A stretch of DNA of 46,986 nucleotides from the NCBI GenBank assembly GCA_020722365.1, contig DYKY01000002.1, positions 8,266-55,251 on the forward strand. Direction: 5' to 3'. The DNA comes from Thermoflexus sp. (GTDB lineage: Bacteria; Chloroflexota; Anaerolineae; B4-G1; SLSP01). A program made the position numbers and the translations under genes. The notes under the pieces are model-generated. The model was not told where the DNA came from, ran no database searches, and saw nothing but the letters and a program-made list of their open reading frames with translations. Shown here piece by piece: positions 27,501 through 35,985 of the stretch. How positions within the stretch are numbered: position 1 is the stretch's first letter; every line of letters starts with the position of its first letter.

Positions 27501-30500
27501 GGCTACACCGACACCGTCGTCTCCACCGTTCGCGTGACAACGGATTCTGAGGGCCAGGCCGTGGCGACGCTCGTTCCACCGCACAGCGGCACTTACATCG
27601 TCGCAGCGGATACGCTGGATGCGGACGACCATCCCGTACATACCGAGATTATGGTGTGGGTGAGTGGTACGGAGACGGCATCCTGGCCGGTGGAAGCGAA
27701 CCAGGTCACGCCCGTTGCCGACGCGCGCGTGTATGATGTGGGTGACCGGGCCAGAATCCTGTTGCCGGTGGCGTTCGACGGTCCATATCAAATGTTGATG
27801 ACGGTAGAACGCGACGGCATCCTCGCCGTCGAGCGGCAGGTCTTAGACACGCCGAACCCTGTGGTGGAGATACCGATTATCGAGGATTACGTCCCGAATG
27901 TCTACGTCTCGTTTGTGCTGATTCACGGCGTCACCGAGACGCTGGCTGCGCCTGAGGTGCGAGCCGGTTACGTGATGGTGAAGGTTGCCCCCACTGCCCA
28001 GACATTGAAAGTCACCGCACTGCCTGACAAGACGGCGTACCGACCGGGGGACACTGTGACTCTGACCGTGCATACGGTCGATGCCGCCGATCGCCCGGCA
28101 GACGCGGAGGTAGGCGTGGCATTGGTGGATAAGGCGCTGCTGTCACGCGGAGTCAGCGTTCCCTCCCTGGTCGAGGCGTTCTACGGCGTGCGTCCCTTGC
28201 AGGTGATGACGGGCGATGGGCTGCTGGCGCTCTCCGGTCGCCAGGATGAGCTTATGTCGGCCGAGGAGGCTGCGTATCGTATGGTTCGCTTTGGCGAAGG
28301 CGTAACCTCACCTGTTTCAGCCGGCGCACGCTTCGCCGATGCTGTGGTGTGGGAGGGCGACAGGCGTACCAGTGCAAGCGGCGAGACGAAGCTTACCTTT
28401 GTCCTGCCTGATACGCCTGCGACGTGGGTAGCGGTGGTTTACGCGCTTACCGCCAACACAAAAGTTGGCGAGGCGCAGGTGGAGATTGTCGCCGCCCAGC
28501 CGCTGCGCATCCAACCCGTGACGCCGCGCTTTCTGGTGATGGGGGATCAGGCGGAAGTCGCCGCCTTGTTGTACAATCACACGGACAAGCCTTACTCGGG
28601 TGCCGTGCAGTTGACGGCGGGGGCGGGAGCGCGAGTGGATACATTGATACGCATGGTTGATCTGCCTGCGGGCGGGCGGGCGCGCGTGGTGTGGACAGTT
28701 TCCGTCACACCGAGCAACGCTGAGACACTGGCGTTGGCTTTCACGGCTACAGGGGGCGGATATCGGGACGGGATTTCCGTCGAGTTACCCCTTTATCGCT
28801 ATGTGATGCCGGACGTGATAGGGACTGCCGGTGTGCTTGACGAGGCCGGGACACGTCTGGAAACGGTGCTGGTTCCGCCAGAGGGTGGGGATGATAGTGT
28901 GTTAATTGTGCGCGTCGCTTCTTCCCCGGTCGGGGCGCTGGTAGACACGCTGACGTACCTGGACCAATATCCTTACGCCTCTACGGATGTGTTGATCGAG
29001 CGTTTTGCATCCTATGTCTTCACCTACCGCGCGCTTCAGGAGTTGGGTGTTTCGGATGCTGTCCTGCTGGCGCGCCTGCAAACTTCAATTGTTCAAGCCC
29101 TGGAGAAACTCTATGCGCGCCAAAACGCGGACGGTAGTTGGGATTGGTGGGAAGGACAAAGCGCGCGCGAAGATTTCGCGCGCGAAGATTTCGCACGCGA
29201 AGACTTCGCACGCGAAGACTTCGCGCTGCATCTTACGGCATTTGCAACCCTGGGATTAATCAGGGCAGAACGCGCAGGCTTTGACGTGCGCCAGGAAGTC
29301 CTGGAGCGGGCACTTGATTACATTTACGACAATCTCATGCTGAGCTTGTCCGGCGCGGCGCGCCGGCCACATCATGCTTTGGGGCTGTACGTATTGTCGG
29401 ATGCGGGGATTCCCTGGCCTTCCGGCGCCGGCGGAGCGCTGTACGCCGGGCGTGACTCATTGGGTGTCGTGGGACGTGCCTATCTGGCGCTGGCGGTAGG
29501 AACATCCGATCCTTCGGACTCGCGGCTGTTGGTTCTGCTGGATGGATTGCGGAGCGAAGCCAAGTTGTCGACAACAGGTGCGCACTGGGCAGGTGCGGGT
29601 GATACGATTGCCGGTGACGGCGGCAGCATGTACGGGGATACCGATGTCGTTGTTACCAGCATCGCCGTGGACGCATTAGCGCGTTTTGCGCCCAATGATC
29701 CACTGTTGGCCCAGGCCGCGCGTTGGTTGATGGTCACGCAGCGTGGCGGACGGTGGCAGACAACGTATGAGACAGCCTGGGCTATCGCCGGTCTGTCTGA
29801 TGTGTTGCGCGCTTCTGGCAATCTGGCGTCGGACTATGATTGGAGTGTTGCACTGAACGGTGTGACGTTGACGGAGTCTACGGTGCAAGCTGGTGCGAGC
29901 GATGCCGTGGTTGCCGTCCCATGGCAGTTGAAGGCCGGGCTTTTGACCGAGAACGGCGCAGGTGAAAGCCCTCTTCCAATTTTGTTGCGGGATCGCCCCA
30001 ACATTCTGGAGATTGCCCGTGGCAGTGGGATAGGTCAACTGTACTACACCGCACATCTGGAATTATCCGCTCCGGTGGCGCAGATTGCGGCGGAAAGCCG
30101 CGGATTGATGCTGCGCCGGGAGTACTGCGCTGTTGAGGATGGTACGTCTGTAAACCGGGTGGTCGCCCTGGCGGATTGCCGTCCGCTGACCGAATTACGT
30201 GTCGGTGAACAGGTGATGGTCCGCCTGACCCTGATTGCTCCGCAGGCGCGCGCCTACGTGCGCCTGGAAGTCCCGCATCCGGCGGGGTTTGTTCCGGTTG
30301 ATATGACCTCCGGTGTGACAACGGACTGCGCGCTGGATCAAGGCACAGGTTGGTGGGCGGCGCCCTTCGAGTGGTGTGAGGTGGTGGACGATGGGCGGGA
30401 ATCCTCGCGCGTGGTCTTTTTCGCCTCTGAAGTGGCGGCGGGGACATACCAGGTGGTGTACCTGTTGCGCGCGGTCATACCGGGAACTTACGGAGCGCTG

Positions 30501-30590
30501 CCGGCCGTCGTTTCCGAAGTCCATTTTCCCGAAGTGTGGGGGCGCAGCGCAGGTGATGTGTTGTACATTGTTCCGCAATCTCAAGATTGA
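24561..30590 (+). CDS. Alpha-2-macroglobulin-family lipoprotein with N-terminal Ig-like (Big_5) repeats, lacking the thioester motif
   Basis: LTGC lipobox; four F-x-x-x-M/L/I-D/V Ig repeats; YTDRTSYERGE, LPDT.ATW, PRFL..GD, RQNADGSW, WQTTYET, YFPE-like HFPEVWGRS. Confidence 0.87.
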   Translation: MHKSSSWWLWATFLILIILGLTGCEQILVSLPASTATSTPEPTATIAATPTATPELPEGPYPPVLLGYEPRLGQEVAADAATIKLYFDQPMDQASVAAALRVMPPLEGDFEWPDDATLVFRPRVVAASTRYRVTLAGNMRSAAGLPLSTELSFAFSTLAPLAVTRVTPAAGSLDARVDAPALIVFNRAIVPLACVGKPAQAGGECPALSLSFEPAVLGTGMWVETPVYRFDSLRGWAAGRAYTATLAANVVSVEGVALCDPVTWSFNTASPVIQASIPAEGQSETPLETDIRVIFNTPMDQEITGSVFSIVNEAGEAVPGAITWEDNGAELVFTPLTRLDLGMRYTVQVGARARAATSAPLENPHSWTFTTVPYPALVVTAPQDGAEDVDVAEPVRLAFSGALDAATLARRITITPTVENPYTYFDVAANVYNLSWEKQPQTEYCVQLKPGIADVYGNVITTSYRSCFVTGDLPAFIAPASADSAVTLDASQPSQLYFLLQNRARVSFTLSEVAEADFVRGQDVEGVVVRKWRETFTVPRNTPSVVTLFLRRLASALPTGYYHLAWENPPWGRQSLNFAVVDRHLTLKLSAEEALVWVTDLRSAEPISRTAVRLVDRAGLLIAAGTTDEDGLAHIPISPREDLWENVAAVVGEPGAAEFGVALTSWMGEAAPSALGIALDGSILSPFVVHVYTDRTSYERGEVVHFRGILREEEGRYLLPSLDVPMRVILREAVGRGVYSTTVALSDMGTFSGALTLSESLGVGDYVLEASLSGDGNNSRGTATFAVVAPRETALTVAVLPETADLLSGDLVRAVITVDDVSGVPVAAAQLTWTVYAQSYPLSVVPSEAWQWPEGALGDPVLVASGEAETDADGCFALELPAEIRSFGPQRWIIEATVHGAATRDTRFLPVSGQGQVIVHPSHFYLGMRPREWVARAGMRTEISLLAHDWAQQPVAGQEIAVSLTHREWYRLPGEDAPTWGYTDTVVSTVRVTTDSEGQAVATLVPPHSGTYIVAADTLDADDHPVHTEIMVWVSGTETASWPVEANQVTPVADARVYDVGDRARILLPVAFDGPYQMLMTVERDGILAVERQVLDTPNPVVEIPIIEDYVPNVYVSFVLIHGVTETLAAPEVRAGYVMVKVAPTAQTLKVTALPDKTAYRPGDTVTLTVHTVDAADRPADAEVGVALVDKALLSRGVSVPSLVEAFYGVRPLQVMTGDGLLALSGRQDELMSAEEAAYRMVRFGEGVTSPVSAGARFADAVVWEGDRRTSASGETKLTFVLPDTPATWVAVVYALTANTKVGEAQVEIVAAQPLRIQPVTPRFLVMGDQAEVAALLYNHTDKPYSGAVQLTAGAGARVDTLIRMVDLPAGGRARVVWTVSVTPSNAETLALAFTATGGGYRDGISVELPLYRYVMPDVIGTAGVLDEAGTRLETVLVPPEGGDDSVLIVRVASSPVGALVDTLTYLDQYPYASTDVLIERFASYVFTYRALQELGVSDAVLLARLQTSIVQALEKLYARQNADGSWDWWEGQSAREDFAREDFAREDFAREDFALHLTAFATLGLIRAERAGFDVRQEVLERALDYIYDNLMLSLSGAARRPHHALGLYVLSDAGIPWPSGAGGALYAGRDSLGVVGRAYLALAVGTSDPSDSRLLVLLDGLRSEAKLSTTGAHWAGAGDTIAGDGGSMYGDTDVVVTSIAVDALARFAPNDPLLAQAARWLMVTQRGGRWQTTYETAWAIAGLSDVLRASGNLASDYDWSVALNGVTLTESTVQAGASDAVVAVPWQLKAGLLTENGAGESPLPILLRDRPNILEIARGSGIGQLYYTAHLELSAPVAQIAAESRGLMLRREYCAVEDGTSVNRVVALADCRPLTELRVGEQVMVRLTLIAPQARAYVRLEVPHPAGFVPVDMTSGVTTDCALDQGTGWWAAPFEWCEVVDDGRESSRVVFFASEVAAGTYQVVYLLRAVIPGTYGALPAVVSEVHFPEVWGRSAGDVLYIVPQSQD
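29166..29225 (+). repeat. In-frame 15-bp tandem repeat x4 (REDFA)
   Basis: CGCGAAGATTTCGCG CGCGAAGATTTCGCA CGCGAAGACTTCGCA CGCGAAGACTTCGCG. Confidence 0.95.
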
Positions 30591-30640
30591 ACGTATGACT
30601 TGCAACTGACAACCTGTAATTTTGCTCAGGGGAGGTATTT

Positions 30641-31945
30641 ATGGTTCAGCAGCAACGAGGTATTATCAGCGGCGTTTTCTCACCGCCGGCTCCCCGTTCA
30701 GTTGCCGATACCGGTCTGAATATGGGGTTACTCAGCGATCTGGCGCTGAAAACGATGTACTTCGAGAGCTATCTCGCCGGGCGCGACCTCGCTGACAGGA
30801 TGGGATTGCCCTTTGCGGGTGTGGTTGCGAGCATCCTGGAGTTCCTCAAGCGCGAACAACTCTGCGAGGTGCGCAGCGCCTCAGGTCGGGGCGGGCTTTC
30901 GGAGGCGATGTACGAGTACGTCCTCACGGCGCGAGGGCGCGAGAACGCTCGTGATGCGTTGGAGCGTTCGCAGTATACCGGTCTTTCACCGGTCCCCCTG
31001 ACGGACTACGTCCAATCGATTCGCGTACAGGGCCTGAAAGATGTGGTGGTGAATCAACCACACCTGCGCAAGGCGTTATCGCATTTGGTCTTTAACCCGA
31101 AGACCTTCGAGCAGATCGGTCCGGCCGTGAACTCGGGGCGCTCCATCTTTCTCTTTGGCAGTCCCGGCAACGGCAAGACGTCGATCGCGGAAGCCATCGG
31201 CACCCTGCTGATGGAGGGCGATATGTATATTCCTTACGCTGTAGAAATCGAGGGGCAGATCATCAAAGTTTTCGACGATGTGAATCACAGACTGATCAAA
31301 GAAGAAGGGCAGCGCAACGTGGATGCGCGTTGGCTCAAGGTCAAGCGCCCCTTTATCGTTGTCGGCGGCGAGCTGACCCTGGAGGGATTGGACCTGGTCT
31401 ATGATACCAACAACAAGTACTACGAAGCGCCCTTCCAGATGAAGGCCAACGGCGGCATCTTCCTGATCGACGACTTTGGGCGGCAGCAGGTGCGCCCTAC
31501 GGATTTGCTCAACCGCTGGATTGTCCCGCTCGAAAAGCGTGTCGATTACCTGACACTGCACACGGGCCGCAAGTTCGAGATCCCCTTCGAAGTGCTGATC
31601 GTCTTTTCGACGAACCTGGAGCCGCGCGATTTGGTGGATGAGGCTTTTCTGCGGCGCATTCGTCACAAGATTGAGGTGCACGATCCGAGTTGGGAAGAAT
31701 TCGCCGAAATCTTCAAGCGCGTTGCCAGTGCCAAGAAGGTGCCTTTCTCGGAACAGGCCTTTGCTTATATCGTTCGCGAGCATTACCTCAAGCCGAACCG
31801 CCCACCACGCGCGTGCCATGCCCGCGACCTGTTGGATCAGATTATCGATATTGCCAAGTATCTCAACGTCCAGCCGGTTCTAAGCAAGGAACTCATTGAC
31901 CGCGCGGCTGAAGCTTACTTTGTGGAGTTCGAGGAGCACAAATGA
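30641..31945 (+). CDS. AAA+ ATPase of unknown function
   Basis: Walker A GSPGNGKT, Walker B FLIDD, STNL, AFLRRI; GGAGG RBS. Confidence 0.85.
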   Translation: MVQQQRGIISGVFSPPAPRSVADTGLNMGLLSDLALKTMYFESYLAGRDLADRMGLPFAGVVASILEFLKREQLCEVRSASGRGGLSEAMYEYVLTARGRENARDALERSQYTGLSPVPLTDYVQSIRVQGLKDVVVNQPHLRKALSHLVFNPKTFEQIGPAVNSGRSIFLFGSPGNGKTSIAEAIGTLLMEGDMYIPYAVEIEGQIIKVFDDVNHRLIKEEGQRNVDARWLKVKRPFIVVGGELTLEGLDLVYDTNNKYYEAPFQMKANGGIFLIDDFGRQQVRPTDLLNRWIVPLEKRVDYLTLHTGRKFEIPFEVLIVFSTNLEPRDLVDEAFLRRIRHKIEVHDPSWEEFAEIFKRVASAKKVPFSEQAFAYIVREHYLKPNRPPRACHARDLLDQIIDIAKYLNVQPVLSKELIDRAAEAYFVEFEEHK

Positions 31946-32706
31946 TATCACGATTTCCTGATTTATGGCAACGCGAACGGCCTTTGGGGCGCCCGTTCGT
32001 TTTGGGTCATCGTGGAGCCAGCCACGCCGCACCGCAGAATACGTTAGCGGCATTTCGCAAGGCGGCGGATGTGGGAGCTGACGGTATCGAACTGGACGTG
32101 CATCTCTCGCGGGATGGTGTGCCGGTGGTGATCCACAACGACAGCGTCGACGCCACCACCGATGGCCATGGCCTGGTGCGCGAGATGACGCTGGCGCAGC
32201 TCAAAGCGCTGGATGCCGGCGTGCATTTCGCTGCTGCTCCCTTTCCTGGCGAGCGCATTCCCACGCTGGAAGAGGTGCTGGCAGAAGTCGGCGCACGGCT
32301 GTTGACCAACATTGAGCTGAAAGCCGGTCAGACGGCGGCGTTGGCGCCTGCCGTCGTGGACCTGGTCAGGCGTATGGGTATGGCGAACCGCGTGTGGTTC
32401 TCGTCTTTCAAGCCCTATGCGCTTTACCGGGCGCGCGCTTTGGCTCCCGAGATCCCTTGTGGCTTGTTGTACGGTCCGCTGAACCCGGGAACATGGCTGC
32501 TGAGGCCGTTTACGCCGCACGAGGCGCTGCACCCACACAAGGATTTGCTCACCGAACATGCTGTCCGCCGGGCGCATGAGCGCGGACTGCGCATCTTCAC
32601 GTGGACGCTCGACGATCCCGCCGTGGCGCGGAAGTTTGCCGCGTGGGGCGTCGATGGCATTATCACCAACGAACCGGCGGAAATCCTGGCGGCTCTGAGA
32701 GTTTAG
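31942..32706 (+). CDS. Glycerophosphodiester phosphodiesterase (GDPD)
   Basis: GHRGAS..PQNT, IELDV, HND, NIELK, GVDGIITN. Confidence 0.92.
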   Translation: MISRFPDLWQRERPLGRPFVLGHRGASHAAPQNTLAAFRKAADVGADGIELDVHLSRDGVPVVIHNDSVDATTDGHGLVREMTLAQLKALDAGVHFAAAPFPGERIPTLEEVLAEVGARLLTNIELKAGQTAALAPAVVDLVRRMGMANRVWFSSFKPYALYRARALAPEIPCGLLYGPLNPGTWLLRPFTPHEALHPHKDLLTEHAVRRAHERGLRIFTWTLDDPAVARKFAAWGVDGIITNEPAEILAALRV

Positions 32707-32708
32707 AA

Positions 32709-32769
32709 TCTATCCGAAAATTCGCCGTTGACGCACCCGGAACGCTCGCCAGCATAATTTCTGGATAGA
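32709..32769. repeat. Short element with 14-bp imperfect terminal inverted repeats between convergent genes
   Basis: TCTATCCGAAAATT ... AATTTCTGGATAGA (12/14 complementary). Confidence 0.65.
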
Positions 32770-32772
32770 GAC

Positions 32773-33288
32773 TTAATCCTGTCGAGCCTGAACCGTCTGC
32801 CGGAAGTGGGATTGCGCGGCCAGGTTTTCTTCAGACAACGTCCCTGCCATCCACGCGGTGACGTCCTGGCCCGCGAGTTGGGCGAGGTACTGCACGGTTT
32901 CCGCGTTCCCGTGGGCTGTGAGCGCGATGATGATCGTTTCCGGCGTATAGCAACCGCTTTTTAACACCACCGCCATTTCATCCAGCGCCGTCCACAAGAG
33001 TTGGGCGCTGTCCGAGGGTGGTGTTGCCGTGGGGTAGGCGGCATGCAACGTGATGTAGAGTTGTGTGGTGTCCCAGGCCACGGTCGCTGTTTCGCTGAAA
33101 GGTGCGGGTAGCGCGTTGCAGGACTCCAGCATCCTTTGAACGCAAGGAGAAACGTGCGCCTGGACGATGCTGGGAGGCGCTGCCGGGGTAGCGGTCATTG
33201 TGCGGACGACGATAATGGCCAACGCACCGACAACGACAAGGTCCAGTACACCCAGGATGATCAAAATGTGTTTTTGTTTACGGGTCAT
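32773..33288 (-). CDS. Hypothetical protein with N-terminal TM anchor
   Basis: MTRKQKHILIILGVLDLVVVGALAIIVV; ATG 33288. Confidence 0.7.
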   Translation of the reverse strand: MTRKQKHILIILGVLDLVVVGALAIIVVRTMTATPAAPPSIVQAHVSPCVQRMLESCNALPAPFSETATVAWDTTQLYITLHAAYPTATPPSDSAQLLWTALDEMAVVLKSGCYTPETIIIALTAHGNAETVQYLAQLAGQDVTAWMAGTLSEENLAAQSHFRQTVQARQD

Positions 33289-33296
33289 TGCGTCAC

Positions 33297-33324
33297 AGTA
33301 TAACACAGCGCGCTATACCTGCAA
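33297..33324 (-). promoter_or_regulatory. Putative promoter for a leaderless transcript
   Basis: Minus strand TTGCAG-16 bp-TATACT with extended TG, 8 nt before ATG 33288; no RBS. Confidence 0.45.
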
Positions 33325-33373
33325 TAGAATGATGAGACCCTAGTAGACGCAGTCTGCCGCAGCGTATGACTCT

Positions 33374-34339
33374 ATGACTAACGACTATCCGACGACCGAC
33401 GACGTGACCGCCACACGTGCAAGCCAGGGGCAAAAGGGCCTATCGGGATTCTCCAGTGGCCTGTTAGCCTCATTTTTGCTTGGATGGGCGCCGATTTTGG
33501 GCAAGTTTGCTTATCGCGCCAAGGTCGATCCTATGACTTTGGCTGCGTTGCGCACAGCGGTAGCGGCGCTCTTTTTGTGGGCCATCTATCTGATCTTTTG
33601 GCGCAAGCGCATTCTCATCAGTTGGTCCGCTGTATTGAACTGTCTTCTCGTCGGCGTCATCAATGGCATTGGGTCTTTGTTCTATTACAGTGGATTGAGC
33701 CGCCTCAATGCCTCGCGTGCGTCATTGCTTGGCGCACTGTATCCTGTCTGGGCCGTCATTTTTTTGATCGCTTCCGGGCAGACAATCCGGCGGATGACGT
33801 TGGGGCGTTTGTTGATTTCACTGTGCGGTGCGGTGCTGGTGACATCGCCATGGTTGATGAGCACCCTGACTGACTATCTGGGGGTGATGTTGATGTTGGC
33901 TTACGCCGGGCTGACCGGCTGGTACCTGGTGATGGGCCAGTGGGTGTTGGCCGACGTTCCTTCCCGTTCGGGAACGCTGTACATCCTCACCGGTATGGCG
34001 GCCACAGTAGCGATTGCGCGCGCTGTGGGTGGAGGACCTGCCATTGCGCCGATTGCCGCCTCGGGCTGGGCAGCGATCATTGCACTGGGGCTGACCACGG
34101 CCTTTTCGCGACTGGCAATGTTCTTCAGTCTCGAAAAACTCGGCGGCGTACAGACGGCGATCATCAGCCTGATGGAATTGGCCGTCAGCCTGACGCTGGC
34201 GTTTATCTTCTTAAACGAACGTCTGGCCTGGTATCAGTGGGTCGGCGCGATCTTGCTCCTTGGCGGCGGTGTTTTTGCCCGCATGGACATCGAGTCCGGC
34301 GCTGTGCCGCCACAAGCTTTCAATCCGATGGATGGCTAG
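33374..34339 (+). CDS. EamA/DMT family transporter
   Basis: About ten hydrophobic segments in two EamA halves; FLNERL..QWVGAILLLGG. Confidence 0.88.
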   Translation: MTNDYPTTDDVTATRASQGQKGLSGFSSGLLASFLLGWAPILGKFAYRAKVDPMTLAALRTAVAALFLWAIYLIFWRKRILISWSAVLNCLLVGVINGIGSLFYYSGLSRLNASRASLLGALYPVWAVIFLIASGQTIRRMTLGRLLISLCGAVLVTSPWLMSTLTDYLGVMLMLAYAGLTGWYLVMGQWVLADVPSRSGTLYILTGMAATVAIARAVGGGPAIAPIAASGWAAIIALGLTTAFSRLAMFFSLEKLGGVQTAIISLMELAVSLTLAFIFLNERLAWYQWVGAILLLGGGVFARMDIESGAVPPQAFNPMDG

Positions 34340-34475
34340 AGAGTGTGGATCAGATATCCACCCAACAGCACGACCCCATTGGCACACAAGCGGATGATCG
34401 TGCCTGCGCTGACGGCTTTTGGATGTCCGAGAAGACGCTGCCGCCCCAGGCCGCCAAGTAGAGAATTTATAGTGA

Positions 34476-34502
34476 CTCAGCGTTCTCGGCGGCCTCTGCG
34501 GT
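34476..34502. repeat. Nonamer tandem CTCAGCGTT CTCGGCGGC CTCTGCGGT
   Basis: Read directly; between convergent genes. Confidence 0.55.
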
Positions 34503-34532
34503 AAAAAAGGCTGCCCTTGCGTAAGTCCCGAT

Positions 34533-35573
34533 CTATTTACTTGCTGACCACGCGCGCGCCGCAGCCAGCAACGCATCGATGTTTTCTGGGCGTGTTCCCG
34601 GTGAAACGCCGCCGCCGAACGAGAGGATCATCCCCCCGCCCGGTGCAGCTTTATCCAGGCATTCCTTCGCCCACTGTGCGACCTCTTCTGGCGTTCCGCG
34701 CACGCCCATATCCAGCGGGGGCACGTTGCCCATCAGCGCAACCCGGTGTCCCATTGCTTCTTTGACCTTGGCGATGTCCACCTCGTGGCTGAAGTTAAAG
34801 ACGTCGAAATTCGCGTCGGCCAGGCTTTCCAGCAGGTGGGGACAAGGGGTGTCGTTGTGATAGATACGGATCAGACCCTCGAATTCATCGAAGATGCGGC
34901 GGAGATGCGGATGGACCATCTTCCCGTAATGGCGCTTCGACACCATGCCGACGAGGTCGTCCAACACCATGATGCCCTCCGGCGCCTTGAGCACGTCCAG
35001 TTGCGCGTGGAGCCAGCGGATGATGGATTCGGTCACCGTCTCCAAAAGTTTACTCGTCTTTTCCGGTTCGGTGACCAGCCCCATCATCAAAGGGGATATG
35101 CCCAATAACCACGAAGCCACCGTCATTGGCCCACGGGCACAGACCATCTTGATGCCCAGGCCTTCGGCCTGCAAACGCGCGTCCATCACTTCGTAGAGGC
35201 GCAATACCAACGGCATGAGGCCATCCTCTTGTGGATTCGCGGGTTTGGCAGTTGCCCAAAAATCCAGGTCCGGTATTAGCGGCTCGATCGAGGGCGGTCG
35301 ATTGTTGAAAAAACGCACCTTGGTGCCAAAGGCTGAAGGCTCGGCCGCCATGCCAAACTCGACCCAAAAGCCGGGAATCCACACAGCGCCGGGGAAACGC
35401 TCCAACAGCCCTTTGTTGATCGTCAACCACTTCTCTGGGAAAAGAAAATAATCCCGCGTATCGATGCCCGCGTAGCCGGGTAGCCATGGGCTGTCCACAA
35501 TCAACCCTACCGGAACCTGTTCCGGCTCACCCAACCGCGCCGCGACTTTGAAATTGTCCCACACTGTGCTCAT
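34533..35573 (-). CDS. Uroporphyrinogen decarboxylase / MtaA-CmuA family protein
   Basis: GPMTVA..G, DD..G.VS, IYHND, LMGNVPP..GTPEEV, GGMILSFGGGV.PGT..ENI; AGGAGG RBS. Confidence 0.85.
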   Translation of the reverse strand: MSTVWDNFKVAARLGEPEQVPVGLIVDSPWLPGYAGIDTRDYFLFPEKWLTINKGLLERFPGAVWIPGFWVEFGMAAEPSAFGTKVRFFNNRPPSIEPLIPDLDFWATAKPANPQEDGLMPLVLRLYEVMDARLQAEGLGIKMVCARGPMTVASWLLGISPLMMGLVTEPEKTSKLLETVTESIIRWLHAQLDVLKAPEGIMVLDDLVGMVSKRHYGKMVHPHLRRIFDEFEGLIRIYHNDTPCPHLLESLADANFDVFNFSHEVDIAKVKEAMGHRVALMGNVPPLDMGVRGTPEEVAQWAKECLDKAAPGGGMILSFGGGVSPGTRPENIDALLAAARAWSASK

Positions 35574-35593
35574 TTTGCTCCTCCTTCCTTCGA

Positions 35594-35625
35594 AAATCGG
35601 CGAATCGACGAATCAGCGAATTAAG
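35594..35625. repeat. Octamer tandem AAATCGGC GAATCGAC GAATCAGC GAATTAAG
   Basis: Same GAATCAGC unit family as 9856-9895. Confidence 0.6.
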
Positions 35626-35673
35626 AAATCCGGTACGACAGAGTATAAGTTCTCTTTGGTGAGATGTCAAAAA

Positions 35674-35946
35674 AGCAATCAGCTATCAGCAATCAGCTAT
35701 CAGCAGTCAGCTATCAGCAGTCAGCTATCAGCAGTCAGCTATCAGCAGTCAGCTATCAGCAATCAGCAATCAGCTATCAGCAGTCAGCTATCAGCAATCA
35801 GCAATCAGCTATCAGCATCCAGCAACCCGTAACCCACAATCCGTAACCCACAACCCACAATCCGTAACCCACAACCCACAACCCGTAACCCACAACCCGT
35901 AACCCACACCCCACAACCCGTAACTCGCAACTCATAACCCGCAACT
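35674..35946. repeat. Compound heptamer array: 20 AGCTATC/AGCARTC units plus 2 degenerate units, then about 17 CGTAACC/CACAACC-type units
   Basis: Counted directly; located between divergent genes. Confidence 0.95.
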
Positions 35947-35951
35947 ATTTC

Positions 35952-35979
35952 TTGCATATCTCCTGCTTTTGCCTATACT
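35952..35979 (+). promoter_or_regulatory. Putative promoter for a leaderless transcript heading the cassette array
   Basis: TTGCAT (35952)-16 bp-TATACT (35974), 6 nt before ATG 35986; no RBS. Confidence 0.55.
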
Positions 35980-35985
35980 CAAAGT

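Noticed and set aside
30595-30622. Weak heptamer-like run after the A2M gene
   Set aside because: Too degenerate to distinguish from chance
35548-35846. ORFs 35548-35832 and 35664-35846 with SAISYQQ repeats
   Set aside because: Translation artefacts of the heptamer array
35674-35946. CRISPR array
   Set aside because: Contiguous 7-bp units without unique spacers; no cas genes
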